IMG/VR virus record: IMGVR_UViG_3300013947_000028
Coordinates: 1 to 64,000 of that record
DNA length: 64,000 nucleotides
Reading direction: 5' to 3' (one strand)
From: a virus
Lineage: Duplodnaviria; Caudoviricetes
Shown: positions 1 to 10,652 of the stretch, one piece after another
Position numbering within the stretch: the first letter of the stretch is position 1
How the letters are laid out: the number at the start of each line of letters is the position of its first letter
Translations under genes and position numbers: made by a program
The notes under the pieces: model-generated
Told to the model about the DNA's origin: nothing
Database searches by the model: none
What the model saw: the letters and a program-made list of their open reading frames with translations, nothing else

Positions 1-2424
1 TTTAAGTGCCCAAAGAAGGGGCTTCTTTTCCTCAAGGTCTTTATTTTTAACTCCTGCTTGGTCAAAGAATGAATGCACATATTCTAAGTTATTGCGATCT
101 ACTAAACCATTTGCATCATAAATAGAATGATCACCTAATAAAACATGAGTTTCATAATTCTTTTGAATGCTATTTAAAAATGAAGAAATAGTATTAGTTT
201 TATTTAAAGCTTTTACTGCTCCTGTACTAGTGATCATAGCATAAGGCGTAAAAATGAGATAAAAACTTCGATATAGTTCTCTCTTTAAATCTCTAGCTTG
301 TTCAGTATCTTCATTTATTTTGTCAACCAACCCCTCTGCCCATGCATATTTTTTAACTAGATCATTTAACCTATTTTCAAAAGCTTGAGGAGTAAAAGCT
401 CCTGATAATTCTTGTGCTAATACATAATAAGCATATGAAGCATTAAGTTTAGTTTTAAAACCTAAATCATCATAAACAAAAGTTTTATTACCATATTGAT
501 CCATTTTAACTAAATCAATAGAATTCAATAATCTTTTAATTCTGACAGATAATGTATTTCTAGGATTTAAAGTTTTATACTTAATTAAATTGAGGCCACT
601 TCTATCTTCTGCTAATCCTTCTTCTTCGTCTTCTTGTTTTTTGTCAGTTACTAGGCTATTCAAAGCTTCTTTACTGGCAGTATTTTCAGCAAGTGATAAT
701 CTAATTCCTTCATTAAAAGTTAAATGTTCATTAGCAGCTACTTGCAAAGCTTTATAAAGATCAGGTTGTTGAATAAAAGGTTCATAAGCATCTTTCAATA
801 TTAAAAGTTGCTCCCTAGCCTTTTGTAATTGTGTCTTCTCTGACCACCCCGCACGTTCTGCTTTTTCCATAAAAGTTTGGGAATATGCTGAGAATCCATC
901 ATATTTTCCCATAAATATTCCTTTAGCTGTTTCATTTAGTGCATTCTCATCACTGCTTTCTAATGCATTAGATACTACATTATAAACAGTTTGCATCTCA
1001 GTATTTATATTATTAAATATAGCTTCTATAAGAGACATCGGTATTTCATTACCTTGTTCATCTTTAGCATTTACAGTAATATTATTTAATGCCCACAAAC
1101 GCTGAAGATGAACAAGGTAACGCTGAGCTTGATCATCATTTCTTGTGAGTCCATAATAAATATTTAAAAAATCATTATATTCATCTGCAGTGATTTCTCC
1201 ATTGTTGTATTCTTGTAATTTTACTTCTAAATTTTCTGAAGTATACACTCTTCGGTAATCTTCTAGTGTAGCAGTAAGCATATCAGAAAAACGATTGGAA
1301 AGCCAATTGATTCTGGCATTTCTTAATTGCATATTAGGGAAGACTTTAGATAGGAGAGATAAAGCCATGTTTTTATAGGGCTGTAATCTTTCTTCTTCAC
1401 CTAAAGGTCTGACTGCCTGTCTACTTTCATTAACTTCTTTATTTAATTCTTTTCTTTCAGAAGCTCTTTTTTTAGCAGCAGCTTCCTTCTTCTCATCAGC
1501 AGTTTTATCTGTAGTTTCTCCTAAATTATCTACTTTAAGACCATATAGAAGAGTATTTTTACCTGTTTCTTTAGATACAGTAGTAGACATATATTGGTTT
1601 ACAGTAATTGTAGTATGAATACCCAAAGTCTTTTCTAAGATAGACTGTAAATCTTTAGCTAATTGTAAGGGTAAAGCAGAAGTTTGTCCTAATCCTAAAG
1701 AGGGTAACATTTGAACCTTATGATATTTTCTTTTTCCTTCTTCTAATTTATTATCTGCTTCTAATAATTCCTTAATCTCATTTGCTATTGCTTGATTAGC
1801 TATTTTAAATGCTTTTTTATCAGCATTAGTAAATAACGATTCTGCTGTAGAAATAAATTTACCTTTACTATCTTGGGCATTTTTCTTCATTATAAAACCT
1901 TTAGCATTAGGAATAATTTCCCCATTACTATCAGTTCTAAATTTAGCTGAGTTAGGGTTATTTAAGTCACTACCTATATTTAAAGTGGGTCCCCCTTCAA
2001 CTTTTATCATAGTATCACCAAACGCAACAGGATTTTTATGTGTAACTGTATAAGCCTGTGCATTATCTTCAAAAATTTGTATAGTGCCAGGATTATTTGC
2101 TATTGTATTAGCACGAGTTTGTGTAGGTTTTATGATAGCTAAATTTTTACCTAAAATAGAGTGGCTTTTTTGTAGTGCTAACTCTTTTACTGTTTTATCT
2201 AATTGCTTTTTTTCTTGAAGAGCCAATAAGAGTTCTTCTCCTTTTAATCTTTGTCTGTACTCATTGGGTTTTCTTAAAAACGAAGTAATTGATATATCTG
2301 CTTTTGATAAAACATATTCTGCTAATGCTTTATTATCTCCTATTGCCTTTCGCAAATCTGCAGGAAGATGACTTTTTACTTTTTCAAAATCTTTATCACT
2401 AAATGTTATGCAGGATCTTGCCAT
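1..2424 (-). CDS. N-terminal 808 aa of a giant virion protein (likely crAss virion RNA polymerase/cargo); runs off the window
   Basis: ATG at 2424 (MARSCITFSDKDFEK...). The frame was spot-checked as open near both ends (...KKPLLWALK at position 1). Absent from the ORF track, consistent with no stop in the window. Has its own TAnnTTTG promoter. Function inferred from size and position in Crassvirales. Confidence 0.55.
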   Translation of the reverse strand, partial: MARSCITFSDKDFEKVKSHLPADLRKAIGDNKALAEYVLSKADISITSFLRKPNEYRQRLKGEELLLALQEKKQLDKTVKELALQKSHSILGKNLAIIKPTQTRANTIANNPGTIQIFEDNAQAYTVTHKNPVAFGDTMIKVEGGPTLNIGSDLNNPNSAKFRTDSNGEIIPNAKGFIMKKNAQDSKGKFISTAESLFTNADKKAFKIANQAIANEIKELLEADNKLEEGKRKYHKVQMLPSLGLGQTSALPLQLAKDLQSILEKTLGIHTTITVNQYMSTTVSKETGKNTLLYGLKVDNLGETTDKTADEKKEAAAKKRASERKELNKEVNESRQAVRPLGEEERLQPYKNMALSLLSKVFPNMQLRNARINWLSNRFSDMLTATLEDYRRVYTSENLEVKLQEYNNGEITADEYNDFLNIYYGLTRNDDQAQRYLVHLQRLWALNNITVNAKDEQGNEIPMSLIEAIFNNINTEMQTVYNVVSNALESSDENALNETAKGIFMGKYDGFSAYSQTFMEKAERAGWSEKTQLQKAREQLLILKDAYEPFIQQPDLYKALQVAANEHLTFNEGIRLSLAENTASKEALNSLVTDKKQEDEEEGLAEDRSGLNLIKYKTLNPRNTLSVRIKRLLNSIDLVKMDQYGNKTFVYDDLGFKTKLNASYAYYVLAQELSGAFTPQAFENRLNDLVKKYAWAEGLVDKINEDTEQARDLKRELYRSFYLIFTPYAMITSTGAVKALNKTNTISSFLNSIQKNYETHVLLGDHSIYDANGLVDRNNLEYVHSFFDQAGVKNKDLEEKKPLLWALK

Positions 2425-2459
2425 ATAGTTAATTATTTTATTAATTGTATTATAGTATG

Positions 2460-2467
2460 CAAAGATA
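2460..2467 (-). promoter_or_regulatory. Bacteroidota sigma -7 element TATCTTTG(CA) for the giant gene
   Basis: Matches TAnnTTTG, 36 nt upstream of the ATG and just downstream of a terminator. Confidence 0.7.
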
Positions 2468-2500
2468 CAACATTATTAATTAAGGAGGACAAAGCAGATA

Positions 2501-2540
2501 AAAAAAATAAGGTCACTAAGTATTACCTTAATGACCTTAT
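2501..2540 (-). terminator. Intrinsic terminator ending the replication/metabolism arm
   Basis: ATAAGGTCA/TGACCTTAT stem followed by a U-run on the minus strand. Confidence 0.7.
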
Positions 2541-2557
2541 ATAAATTAATTTATCAA

Positions 2558-3214
2558 TCAACTAAAATCAGTATAAGTAGCAAATCTTAATCCATCCTTT
2601 GAGTGAAACTCATTATATTCATCATCTACAAATTTATTTTTAGCATAAGGCGTAAAATCTGGATGGTTATTGGAATAATAATAAGTAGGTTCGTTTGGAT
2701 GCATGATATGATATGTTCTATGAGAGCAATATTGATAATAAGGAAGATGTTTATCAAAATATTTTTCCTTAATATATTTTATTGTCTCAGAATTCATATT
2801 ATCTGGCAATTCTTCAATACTTCTAATTGCTTTTGATGAATAAAGACAATATCCTATTTCATTGTTGATAAAATCATCCCATGAATAAATATCACCATAC
2901 TCATCTTGTATAATAGCTTTGTTATCTACAATCCATTTATGAATACTTTTAAGCGATGGCTTATAATACTTGAGTTCATTAGCATCCCAAAGAAATGACC
3001 ACCCAGCACTACGTTTACCAAGATGTATTTTACGTTGTTCATCTATATTTTTTATCCCTTCAGCTAAAACATTAGAAAACTCTTTTATGTTATCCCATAC
3101 ATCATTGCCTTTTTCTAATTTTTTCAGTAAGCCTTCTAATGTATATACAGCTCCCTCTACAGCATCTATACTTCTTTTATGTATAGGAAGAATTGCATAA
3201 AAATTAGTTCCCAT
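2558..3214 (-). CDS. Conserved phage hypothetical protein (MGTNFY...HLGKRSAGWSF family)
   Basis: 218 aa ORF with a recurrent phage motif; function unknown. Confidence 0.6.
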   Translation of the reverse strand: MGTNFYAILPIHKRSIDAVEGAVYTLEGLLKKLEKGNDVWDNIKEFSNVLAEGIKNIDEQRKIHLGKRSAGWSFLWDANELKYYKPSLKSIHKWIVDNKAIIQDEYGDIYSWDDFINNEIGYCLYSSKAIRSIEELPDNMNSETIKYIKEKYFDKHLPYYQYCSHRTYHIMHPNEPTYYYSNNHPDFTPYAKNKFVDDEYNEFHSKDGLRFATYTDFS

Positions 3215-3219
3215 AATAT

Positions 3220-3432
3220 TTAATAATTTTTTGATTTAATATAGAAATACTTAAGACCATAAGCTTTATCGTTCTTTTTAGAAAGTAGACGTAACACCAA
3301 CATACGCTTACCATTAGGAAATATCTTATTACTATAAGTTATTTTGCAATAAGTTTTATTAATATCTATTGGTATAGTATATCTTTTTAGTGCTATTTTC
3401 TTTAACTTCTTTTTAGCATTTCTTAATTTCAT
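3220..3432 (-). CDS. Small basic hypothetical protein
   Basis: 70 aa ORF within the operon. Confidence 0.5.
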   Translation of the reverse strand: MKLRNAKKKLKKIALKRYTIPIDINKTYCKITYSNKIFPNGKRMLVLRLLSKKNDKAYGLKYFYIKSKNY

Positions 3433-3446
3433 TTAGATAATATAAA

Positions 3447-3863
3447 TTAATTATTGAATCTTTCAATCTTTATATTTCTTTCTTTTAAAATATTATTACA
3501 TACCCACAAAATAACATTATACACCCTGTCTATTCTGCTTTCTGTAATGTCTTTATATATAATATTACCCTCAGAATCAGAGACAATACCTGTATTTAAA
3601 GTCATGTCTATGCTATAATCAGGGATCTTTTTATTAATTGCATCACATATTCTTAATAAATCACCTAAAGTAAACCGATAATTTACTTTTAATATATCAG
3701 CAAAAAGATTACAATGATATTTTCTAGCATAAATATTATTTATCACATAACTACCATCTTTAGAATCATATATTAAAGAAGCATCATTATCGTATATATT
3801 ATGATCTAACAATTCTCTCATTTGTTCTTTAGTAAGAACTATATCTATAAAGTCATTATTCAT
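3447..3863 (-). CDS. Hypothetical protein
   Basis: 138 aa ORF overlapping the thyX stop. Confidence 0.6.
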   Translation of the reverse strand: MNNDFIDIVLTKEQMRELLDHNIYDNDASLIYDSKDGSYVINNIYARKYHCNLFADILKVNYRFTLGDLLRICDAINKKIPDYSIDMTLNTGIVSDSEGNIIYKDITESRIDRVYNVILWVCNNILKERNIKIERFNN

Positions 3864-5813
3864 GAATATATCCTCTTTTGATAAATTCTTGTTTTAGATT
3901 ATTAGCAAGTTCTCTTATTTGTGGATGGGCAGCAGTACTACATCTCAATTCAAAGAAAAGCATCCAATCATCTAAAAATGCAGTATGAATTACTTCTGTT
4001 TTAGTAGCTAGAGGTAATACATCTCTTGCTTGTTGTGGTTTAAATCTCTCTTTAATAAGTTGTAGATAGGATTCTTCTGATTGCAGTAAACTTAAGATAA
4101 AAACATCTGTAGGATTATAATCAGTAAAATATGCTTGATTACTAAATAATTGCATATTATAGTCACCTGTTTTAATATCCATATCTACAGGTTTAATAAA
4201 AGTAAGCTCATTATTAAACTTATCTTTGCTATAATTACAGTTGTGTACTATTATACCATTAGCTACATAGTTATGATAATTTTCTATTTCTAAGTCGAAT
4301 ACTTCTTCTTCATCTAATTCAGTTATAGTTATGATTCTATCTCCATGCAATGATGTTAAAGACTGATTATGGATTTTTTGATGACAAGAATGGCATACCG
4401 TCATTAAATTATCTGGAATATTATTACTATGATTTTTATCCTTATGATGTACTTCTAAATCTATAGTAGTTTTACAGATTTCACAAAATGGTTTTTTGTG
4501 TTTTTGATATTTAGAAGTATTTTCTTTTAATATTTTTTCTGTAGAACCCCCATTATGATGATAATTTCTTAATGCATTTGCTTGTTTTGCAACTCGTTCG
4601 TCCTCAAATTCATTTTTTTCTTTATTCCAAGGAATTCGCCTTATATTAAAATATCCTGTTCCTTTATTAGGAATTCCTAATTTTTTAGCCCATTTTTTTA
4701 ATGTTGATACATTAAAATTAAATTCATTCCCAATGGCTACGAAAGTTTTATTCAAAGTGATGTTTTGATTATATAACCAATCAAAGTCTTGATATAATTG
4801 TTTTCCTAATATGGGTTTTATAATATTATATTTATATAGCCATTTTCTGATTACATCTGGTTTAAATCCAAACTCCTTACAAATTTCAGAAACAGCTTTA
4901 TTAGATTTTAGATAATGATATTCCAACCAATCTTTATTTTGATATACAGGTCCATCAATTCCGTTTACATAAATTTTATCTCCTATATTCAATTCTGATA
5001 AATATTTCCAACCATCGGGAGTATATATTTGATGATCTATGGTGCATTTTAAGGAATAGCCTAATTCTGTAGTAATTTTGTATACCTTTTTAATACCATT
5101 ATTAAATATATTTTTAATTTTAGAATATTCTAAAATTCCTGTATCAGTATTTAATACCTCTATTAAAATTTTAGATAATCTATTTTTATTTTGTTTATCT
5201 TTTCAATTATTTTATTCTTTTCTTTTTCATTCTTTTCATTCATTTTCTTTTCTTTTAATCTTTTTATTTTATCTTCATAATATGCATGAGAATTTTTATA
5301 TTTTAATAAAGTATCGCCACTTACACAGTATCGTGTGCTTTCTTCACATATACTATGACACCTATGTCTATTTAATTCTCTACTTATACCAATAGAAGTT
5401 ATAAATTTAACTGTTATTCTTGGAGTATGCTCTCCTGTAAAAGAACATCTATATTTTTCCCATAAATTTTCCAACTTATTTTCAATAATAGCTCTATAGT
5501 TAGTAGTTATATACCAATTTTCATTATTATCATAAGACATTCTTACCCAAGGTTTATTATTAAGTAGAAGATAAAACAAATCAAAATCAGCTTTATTTTC
5601 TTTTGCATTAATCTTCATATAAACTGTACCATGTTCCCAAGGACTTAAATGGCCATTACTTCTTATCATAGTAAGAAATCTTTGATAAGAAGTATCTGTA
5701 ATTTTATCCTCTGATTTATAGCAAATCCTACAGGCTTTTTCTATATGTTTAAATAGTCCTATTGTAGTATTAGGCTGTTCAATAATTTCAAAAGATTGAT
5801 TTATTAATTTCAT
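3856..5813 (-). CDS. thyX: FAD-dependent thymidylate synthase with an intein; frameshifted inside the intein
   Basis: GHLSPWEH and RELNRHR-x-EESTRY in the N-extein (5813-5328); CNYS and QQARDVLP...LRC..AAHPQIRELA in the C-extein (4239-3856). Joined exteins give 289 aa. Confidence 0.9.
4240..5327 (-). mobile_element. Intein with HNH homing endonuclease in thyX
   Basis: Starts CVSGDT; block B LKCTIDHQIYT; HNH CEIC...EVHHKD.N..NN...NL...CHSCH; ends VFDLEI..YHNYVANGIIVHN followed by C. Confidence 0.9.
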
Positions 5814-5980
5814 GACTTAACTAAACTTAAAATATATCCAATTAAAAATAATACAAATACAATTATTCCAAATATATTGCTTATCATAAAAGCAATAGTC
5901 ATAATAACTCCCATCCCTAGACCCACAAGTAATACTACTAATAGGTCTAGGAATTTATATATAAAAGGTTGTTTATACAT
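5810..5980 (-). CDS. Small membrane protein (56 aa; not in ORF track)
   Basis: MYKQPFIYKFLDLLVVLLVGLGMGVIMTIAF...; two hydrophobic stretches; ATGA overlap with the thyX start. Confidence 0.55.
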   Translation of the reverse strand: MYKQPFIYKFLDLLVVLLVGLGMGVIMTIAFMISNIFGIIVFVLFLIGYILSLVKS

Positions 5981-8900
5981 CTATAGTAATTGTTTTAGTG
6001 GACGATTCTAGTATACCTCCTGACAATACTTCTTGTACTGCTGTTACTCTATATTTGTTGATTTTAGCATATTCTAATCCAATATTTAAAGCTTCTTGCA
6101 CAGAATTAGCTTTTACTGCTTTTATATCACTAACAGTTTTATCATTAGGAAAAGCAAAGCTTACATTATATATCTTTGATTCAATAAGTTTCATAATTTT
6201 ACTATTTAATATTTAGCATTTATAAGATTACCACACATTGTATTATCTGCAAATTTCCATTCTTTATCAAGAAGTTCTTCAAATGATATTTCAGAATCAA
6301 AATCATAAAATCTAAGCATAATGCTGCTATTATCTATGTTAACTGGAAAATAATGAGTGTTACCATGCTTAACAAAATTACCATGCTTTTGCAATGCATC
6401 TATAAATTCTCTAGCATTTTTAAATGGTACATATTCAGAGGCAGGTTTAACTCTATAATTATAAGGTTCTTTTTCCAAATAAGCCAGTTCTTCAAATTTA
6501 TTTACATTTATCCAAACAGAAATAAATGGATCATCGGGTTTTTGAGTTTTATGTTGAACAACTACTCCGTTAAGATATGCTGATAAAACTTCATTCATTT
6601 TATTATAAACCTCTCTTGTCATATTATTTTAAGAATTTAAAATGATTATACTTTGTTTTAATTTTAAAAATTTGATATTCTAATATAGCCCATAAAATAA
6701 TAGCTATTATCGCTAATGAGCTGAATACAATAAAAAAGGCTAAATGTAAAGGCATAAAATTAATTAGGGACAATGTTTATTATTAAACTTCTTTACTCTA
6801 CCACATTTTTCACATACCCAATATGCAGTATAAGGATTTATCTCTTTATATATATATTTATGTCTACAGAATATATTTTCTTTCATCCAATTTTTAATAA
6901 ATATAATAATATCACCTAACATATTTAATCAGATATAATTATAGAATTAGCATTTAATGTATTCATTTCACAAATTTCTTTAAATAGCTGTTGACCAGAA
7001 TGATTAAGACTACTCATAAATGGTTGATAAATAACTTGTTTATCTACTAAGATATGACAATCCTTAATAGCGGCATTAAGCTTCTTTATAATTTGAAGAG
7101 CCATAATGACATCATCTTTTGAAAGTACATATTTAATGTTCATAATTATTAACAAGTCTTATATAAATTGAATTATCCTCTATATTTTCTATATCAATGT
7201 AGTCGTTATCTGTATATTCAATATATTGAATGAAATATTCAGAAATGTTTTTATTTTTTTCAATTAATGTTTCCTCAGATTGACACATGCCAATTAGCTC
7301 ATGATCTAATTTAAAAGCTAAATAAAGTTTCTTATAATTATTGTGTATCATATTACTTTATAATTTTTAATGATTCTTCCAATATTCCTTTTCTTTTTCA
7401 TAGTTTATAGGATAAAGTATAATAAGTAATATAATCAACAACATTATTATTTTATACATTTTCAGAAATTGGAAATATGTTTGTCCATTCTTCATCTGAT
7501 CTATTCACTATATCATTATATTCATCCTTAGACATATAACCTTGATAATCCTCAGCTATATCATACAAATTCTCATTGTCCCAACAAATTACTCTATGAA
7601 GTAAAAGTTCTTCTTTTAGCAATTCAGCTAATCTATCTTCTGCAATTATCCTATATCTCATAGCATTAACTTAAATTTCAATTTCCAATTTCCATCTATA
7701 AATACTGTCACCACATTCATCACATGTACCAAGATATTCCTCCTTTGTATTTTTATTGTTTTTTACAAGTTTAATAAATGTGTCTTGTGTACAATAAGCA
7801 TGATATTCACCATCCCAAAGATAACCAACTATCCATGCTGGTAAGTTATACTGATGCTCAACTTCATACATCAATTTTTCACACACATGATTAACTAATT
7901 CAATATCTTCTTTATTTGAATCTTCAGTGTCAACTAATTCTACCCACTCAATACCATTGATTAAGTAAGAAAAGTTAATACATCCTTCTGTTATTTCAAT
8001 ATTTACTTTCATGATTATTCTTAATTTTATTTCTTACAAATTTATAAAATTTCTTTTTTGAGATATATAAATTATACTTTGTAATAGTTGTTTCAATGGT
8101 TGTGTTTGAAGTGAATGAACATACTAAATGAATCACGTGTCTTTCACTAAGACCATCAAACCTTTTAATAAATTCTTCTGGTACATTAGTATATTCTTTA
8201 AATTGTTTTATTTCATAGCTTTCTAATTTAAACGTATAAAAAGTAGCAGATTCTCCTTTAAAAAGGTAAGCTAACATTCTACCATTAATATAATCATCAA
8301 AATAATATGATGAACATAAATATGCTTCTACATATTTATGTATAAAAGAGTAATTGGTCATTCTGCTATTTCAATATTTACTTTTATTTTCTTTATTTTT
8401 AATTGCATCATCGATACAACTAAAAAGTAGTATCATGAATACTACACATGATACTACTTTTAATAATAAAATTATCATTAATACTTCACTTTCAAATCAG
8501 TCAGTCTGTCACCAAGAATTGTCATGTAGTGAACCATTGCTTCATATTGGTTATGTAATAGCTTCCATTGTACATTTCCTACTATAGACTGATTGTTTTT
8601 ATCGTTGATAAACTTCTTTAATCTTCCTACCTTTTGTTCTAGGTCTCTGTACTCTTTTAATACTTTTTCTTTCATAATGTAAGTAATTTAATCAATATAA
8701 TATTTTAATGTATACCCTTTTTCAGAAATGTTTGCTAATATTTCTTTTAATATATTAATGTGTTGCATAGTATCATTAATATCATTAGCATAGCTCTCCG
8801 TGCTTATAAGCTCAGCTATAGTATCTTGATTTCCCTGATTATATAATTTAAGATTAATAATTGATCTATTTGTATTATCTAACTCTTCTCTTAAACTAGC

Positions 8901-9841
8901 ATAAATATTTCTTAGTTTATTAGAAGTTAATTCTTCAGCATTTTCATGACCATAAGGACAAAATCCATAATCAGAAAAAGCTTGATATAAATCATTATTT
9001 CTGCTTACTTCAATTAGAGTGATTCTTTCTTCAATTCCATCTTCCTTTTTGATGGGTATATAAATATTTAAATAACTACTCATCTTTAGTTGCCTCTTTT
9101 ATTTTAAGTTGAACATCGTTTATTTTAATAGTCATATCAATACTCATATCTTTGAGTATCTTACTATCAAGACATTTGCCCATTTGTTCTACAACCAATG
9201 CAAATCCTCTCATTTGGCCTACAAATGTCCAAAAAGCTTCAGATTCTTTAAGTGTCATAATAAATTATTCTTCTGTTACTTCTATATCTTCTACTTCCCA
9301 ATCCTTATATTTAGGATCTTCTTGAGGTAAAATTATTTGATTTTTGACTGCCTCTATTAAATCTTCTTTTGAGTAATCATTACTTATGTTTCCTCTTGTG
9401 TCAAACTGTATATTATAATTAGTTATGTCTACATTTACTGTTTTACTTAAAGTAAGGGTAATTGTTACTGGGACAGTAATTGTTTTAGAGTCCTCATTCC
9501 AAGGTGCTTTTGCTTCTTCTGTACTAGAAAGTAGTGGAGTATTACCTGACATAATTATATTATTTTAATTCCACCATGAAGTTATACATATGATCATACT
9601 TAACAATATCAGTAATCTTTCTCTTACCAATACTATCTCCTACAGAAAGCATAGGACCCCCACTAGGGTCAACACTAGTATAATGTTTATCATTATTTTT
9701 AGCAGCAACTGCACTAGTTGCTAACTCATACTTTTGCTTAAGGAGATAAAGATTTTCAGTAAAAGGTTCTAACCAAGTAGTATTATTATCTCTGTTAGTT
9801 AAATAAATGTTCTTAGATTTAGCTTTGTTTTTCTTTTCCAT
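5973..9841 (-). other. Cluster of about 13 small tightly packed hypothetical genes (5973-6194, 6206-6622, 6764-6922 Zn-ribbon, 6925-7155, 7133-7351, 7452-7661, 7671-8012, 7996-8361, 8478-8675, 8688-9083, 9076-9258, 9265-9552, 9560-9841)
   Basis: Co-oriented abutting ORFs typical of phage accessory regions; no recognisable catalytic motifs. Confidence 0.6.
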
Positions 9842-9880
9842 AATATTGGTTTATTTGTTATAAAATATTTATAAATTAAA

Positions 9881-10345
9881 TTATTTGTTATTATTGTTCT
9901 TATACCAAATAAGGGTCATGATAGCATAGTTAGCAAGGTCAACTAAAGTATCTTCAATAGACTCATCTTTAACTAAATTACTATTTTTAGATAGAGATTT
10001 AATTCTATTAAATTTATCACTCATCCTTACTAATCCAGCAGTAATGCCAAATTCATTACAAGACTCTTCAAAGGAATTACCATAATCTTGATTCTTCATC
10101 TCATAAAGATGAATCATTTTATTTACAATTCCTTTAAATTGGCCTATATTAGATTCAGCAGAGGCTTCTTTAAAATAATACTCCCATTTAGTGTTTACTT
10201 TTGAAAGTTTATATTCTTTATCATTAACTCCTTTAAGGGTGTTTTCATTAATGCATAAGTACATATCACCTGATTTAAATGCTAATTCATTCTTAAGTAG
10301 CACATCATGTATGCAAAGATACATATTTCCTTCTTTAAACATCAT
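9881..10345 (-). CDS. Nucleotide-modification-associated domain protein (DUF1599-like, dNTP pyrophosphatase-like fold)
   Basis: KNQDYGNSF...VRMSDKFNR...DESIEDTLVDLANYAIM motif. Confidence 0.75.
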   Translation of the reverse strand: MMFKEGNMYLCIHDVLLKNELAFKSGDMYLCINENTLKGVNDKEYKLSKVNTKWEYYFKEASAESNIGQFKGIVNKMIHLYEMKNQDYGNSFEESCNEFGITAGLVRMSDKFNRIKSLSKNSNLVKDESIEDTLVDLANYAIMTLIWYKNNNNK

Positions 10346-10652
10346 ATTTATTATTATAATTTAATATAAAAAACTTTAAATCTTTTGTGTCTCTAGGAAC
10401 TCCGTTTACTTCTACAATAGGAAATTTAGTTCCTACTTCTCTTCTTAGTAGATCCTGATGATGGTTTGTAGTATTACTGTAATGACTTGTATTAAATATA
10501 ATAGATGTATTATACCATTGAGCTATACAAGTATTATAAGAATATAATTTTCTGCCCTCAGAGCACAAATTAAGAGAAGCTGCTGTTGATTGCTCTATAA
10601 AGGCGGTTACTACATCTTTATTTCTCATAATATTAACTTTTAATGAATCCAA
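10335..10652 (-). CDS. Conserved phage hypothetical protein (LYSYNT...YSNTT.HHQ)
   Basis: 105 aa ORF coupled to polA. Confidence 0.55.
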   Translation of the reverse strand: MDSLKVNIMRNKDVVTAFIEQSTAASLNLCSEGRKLYSYNTCIAQWYNTSIIFNTSHYSNTTNHHQDLLRREVGTKFPIVEVNGVPRDTKDLKFFILNYNNKYDV

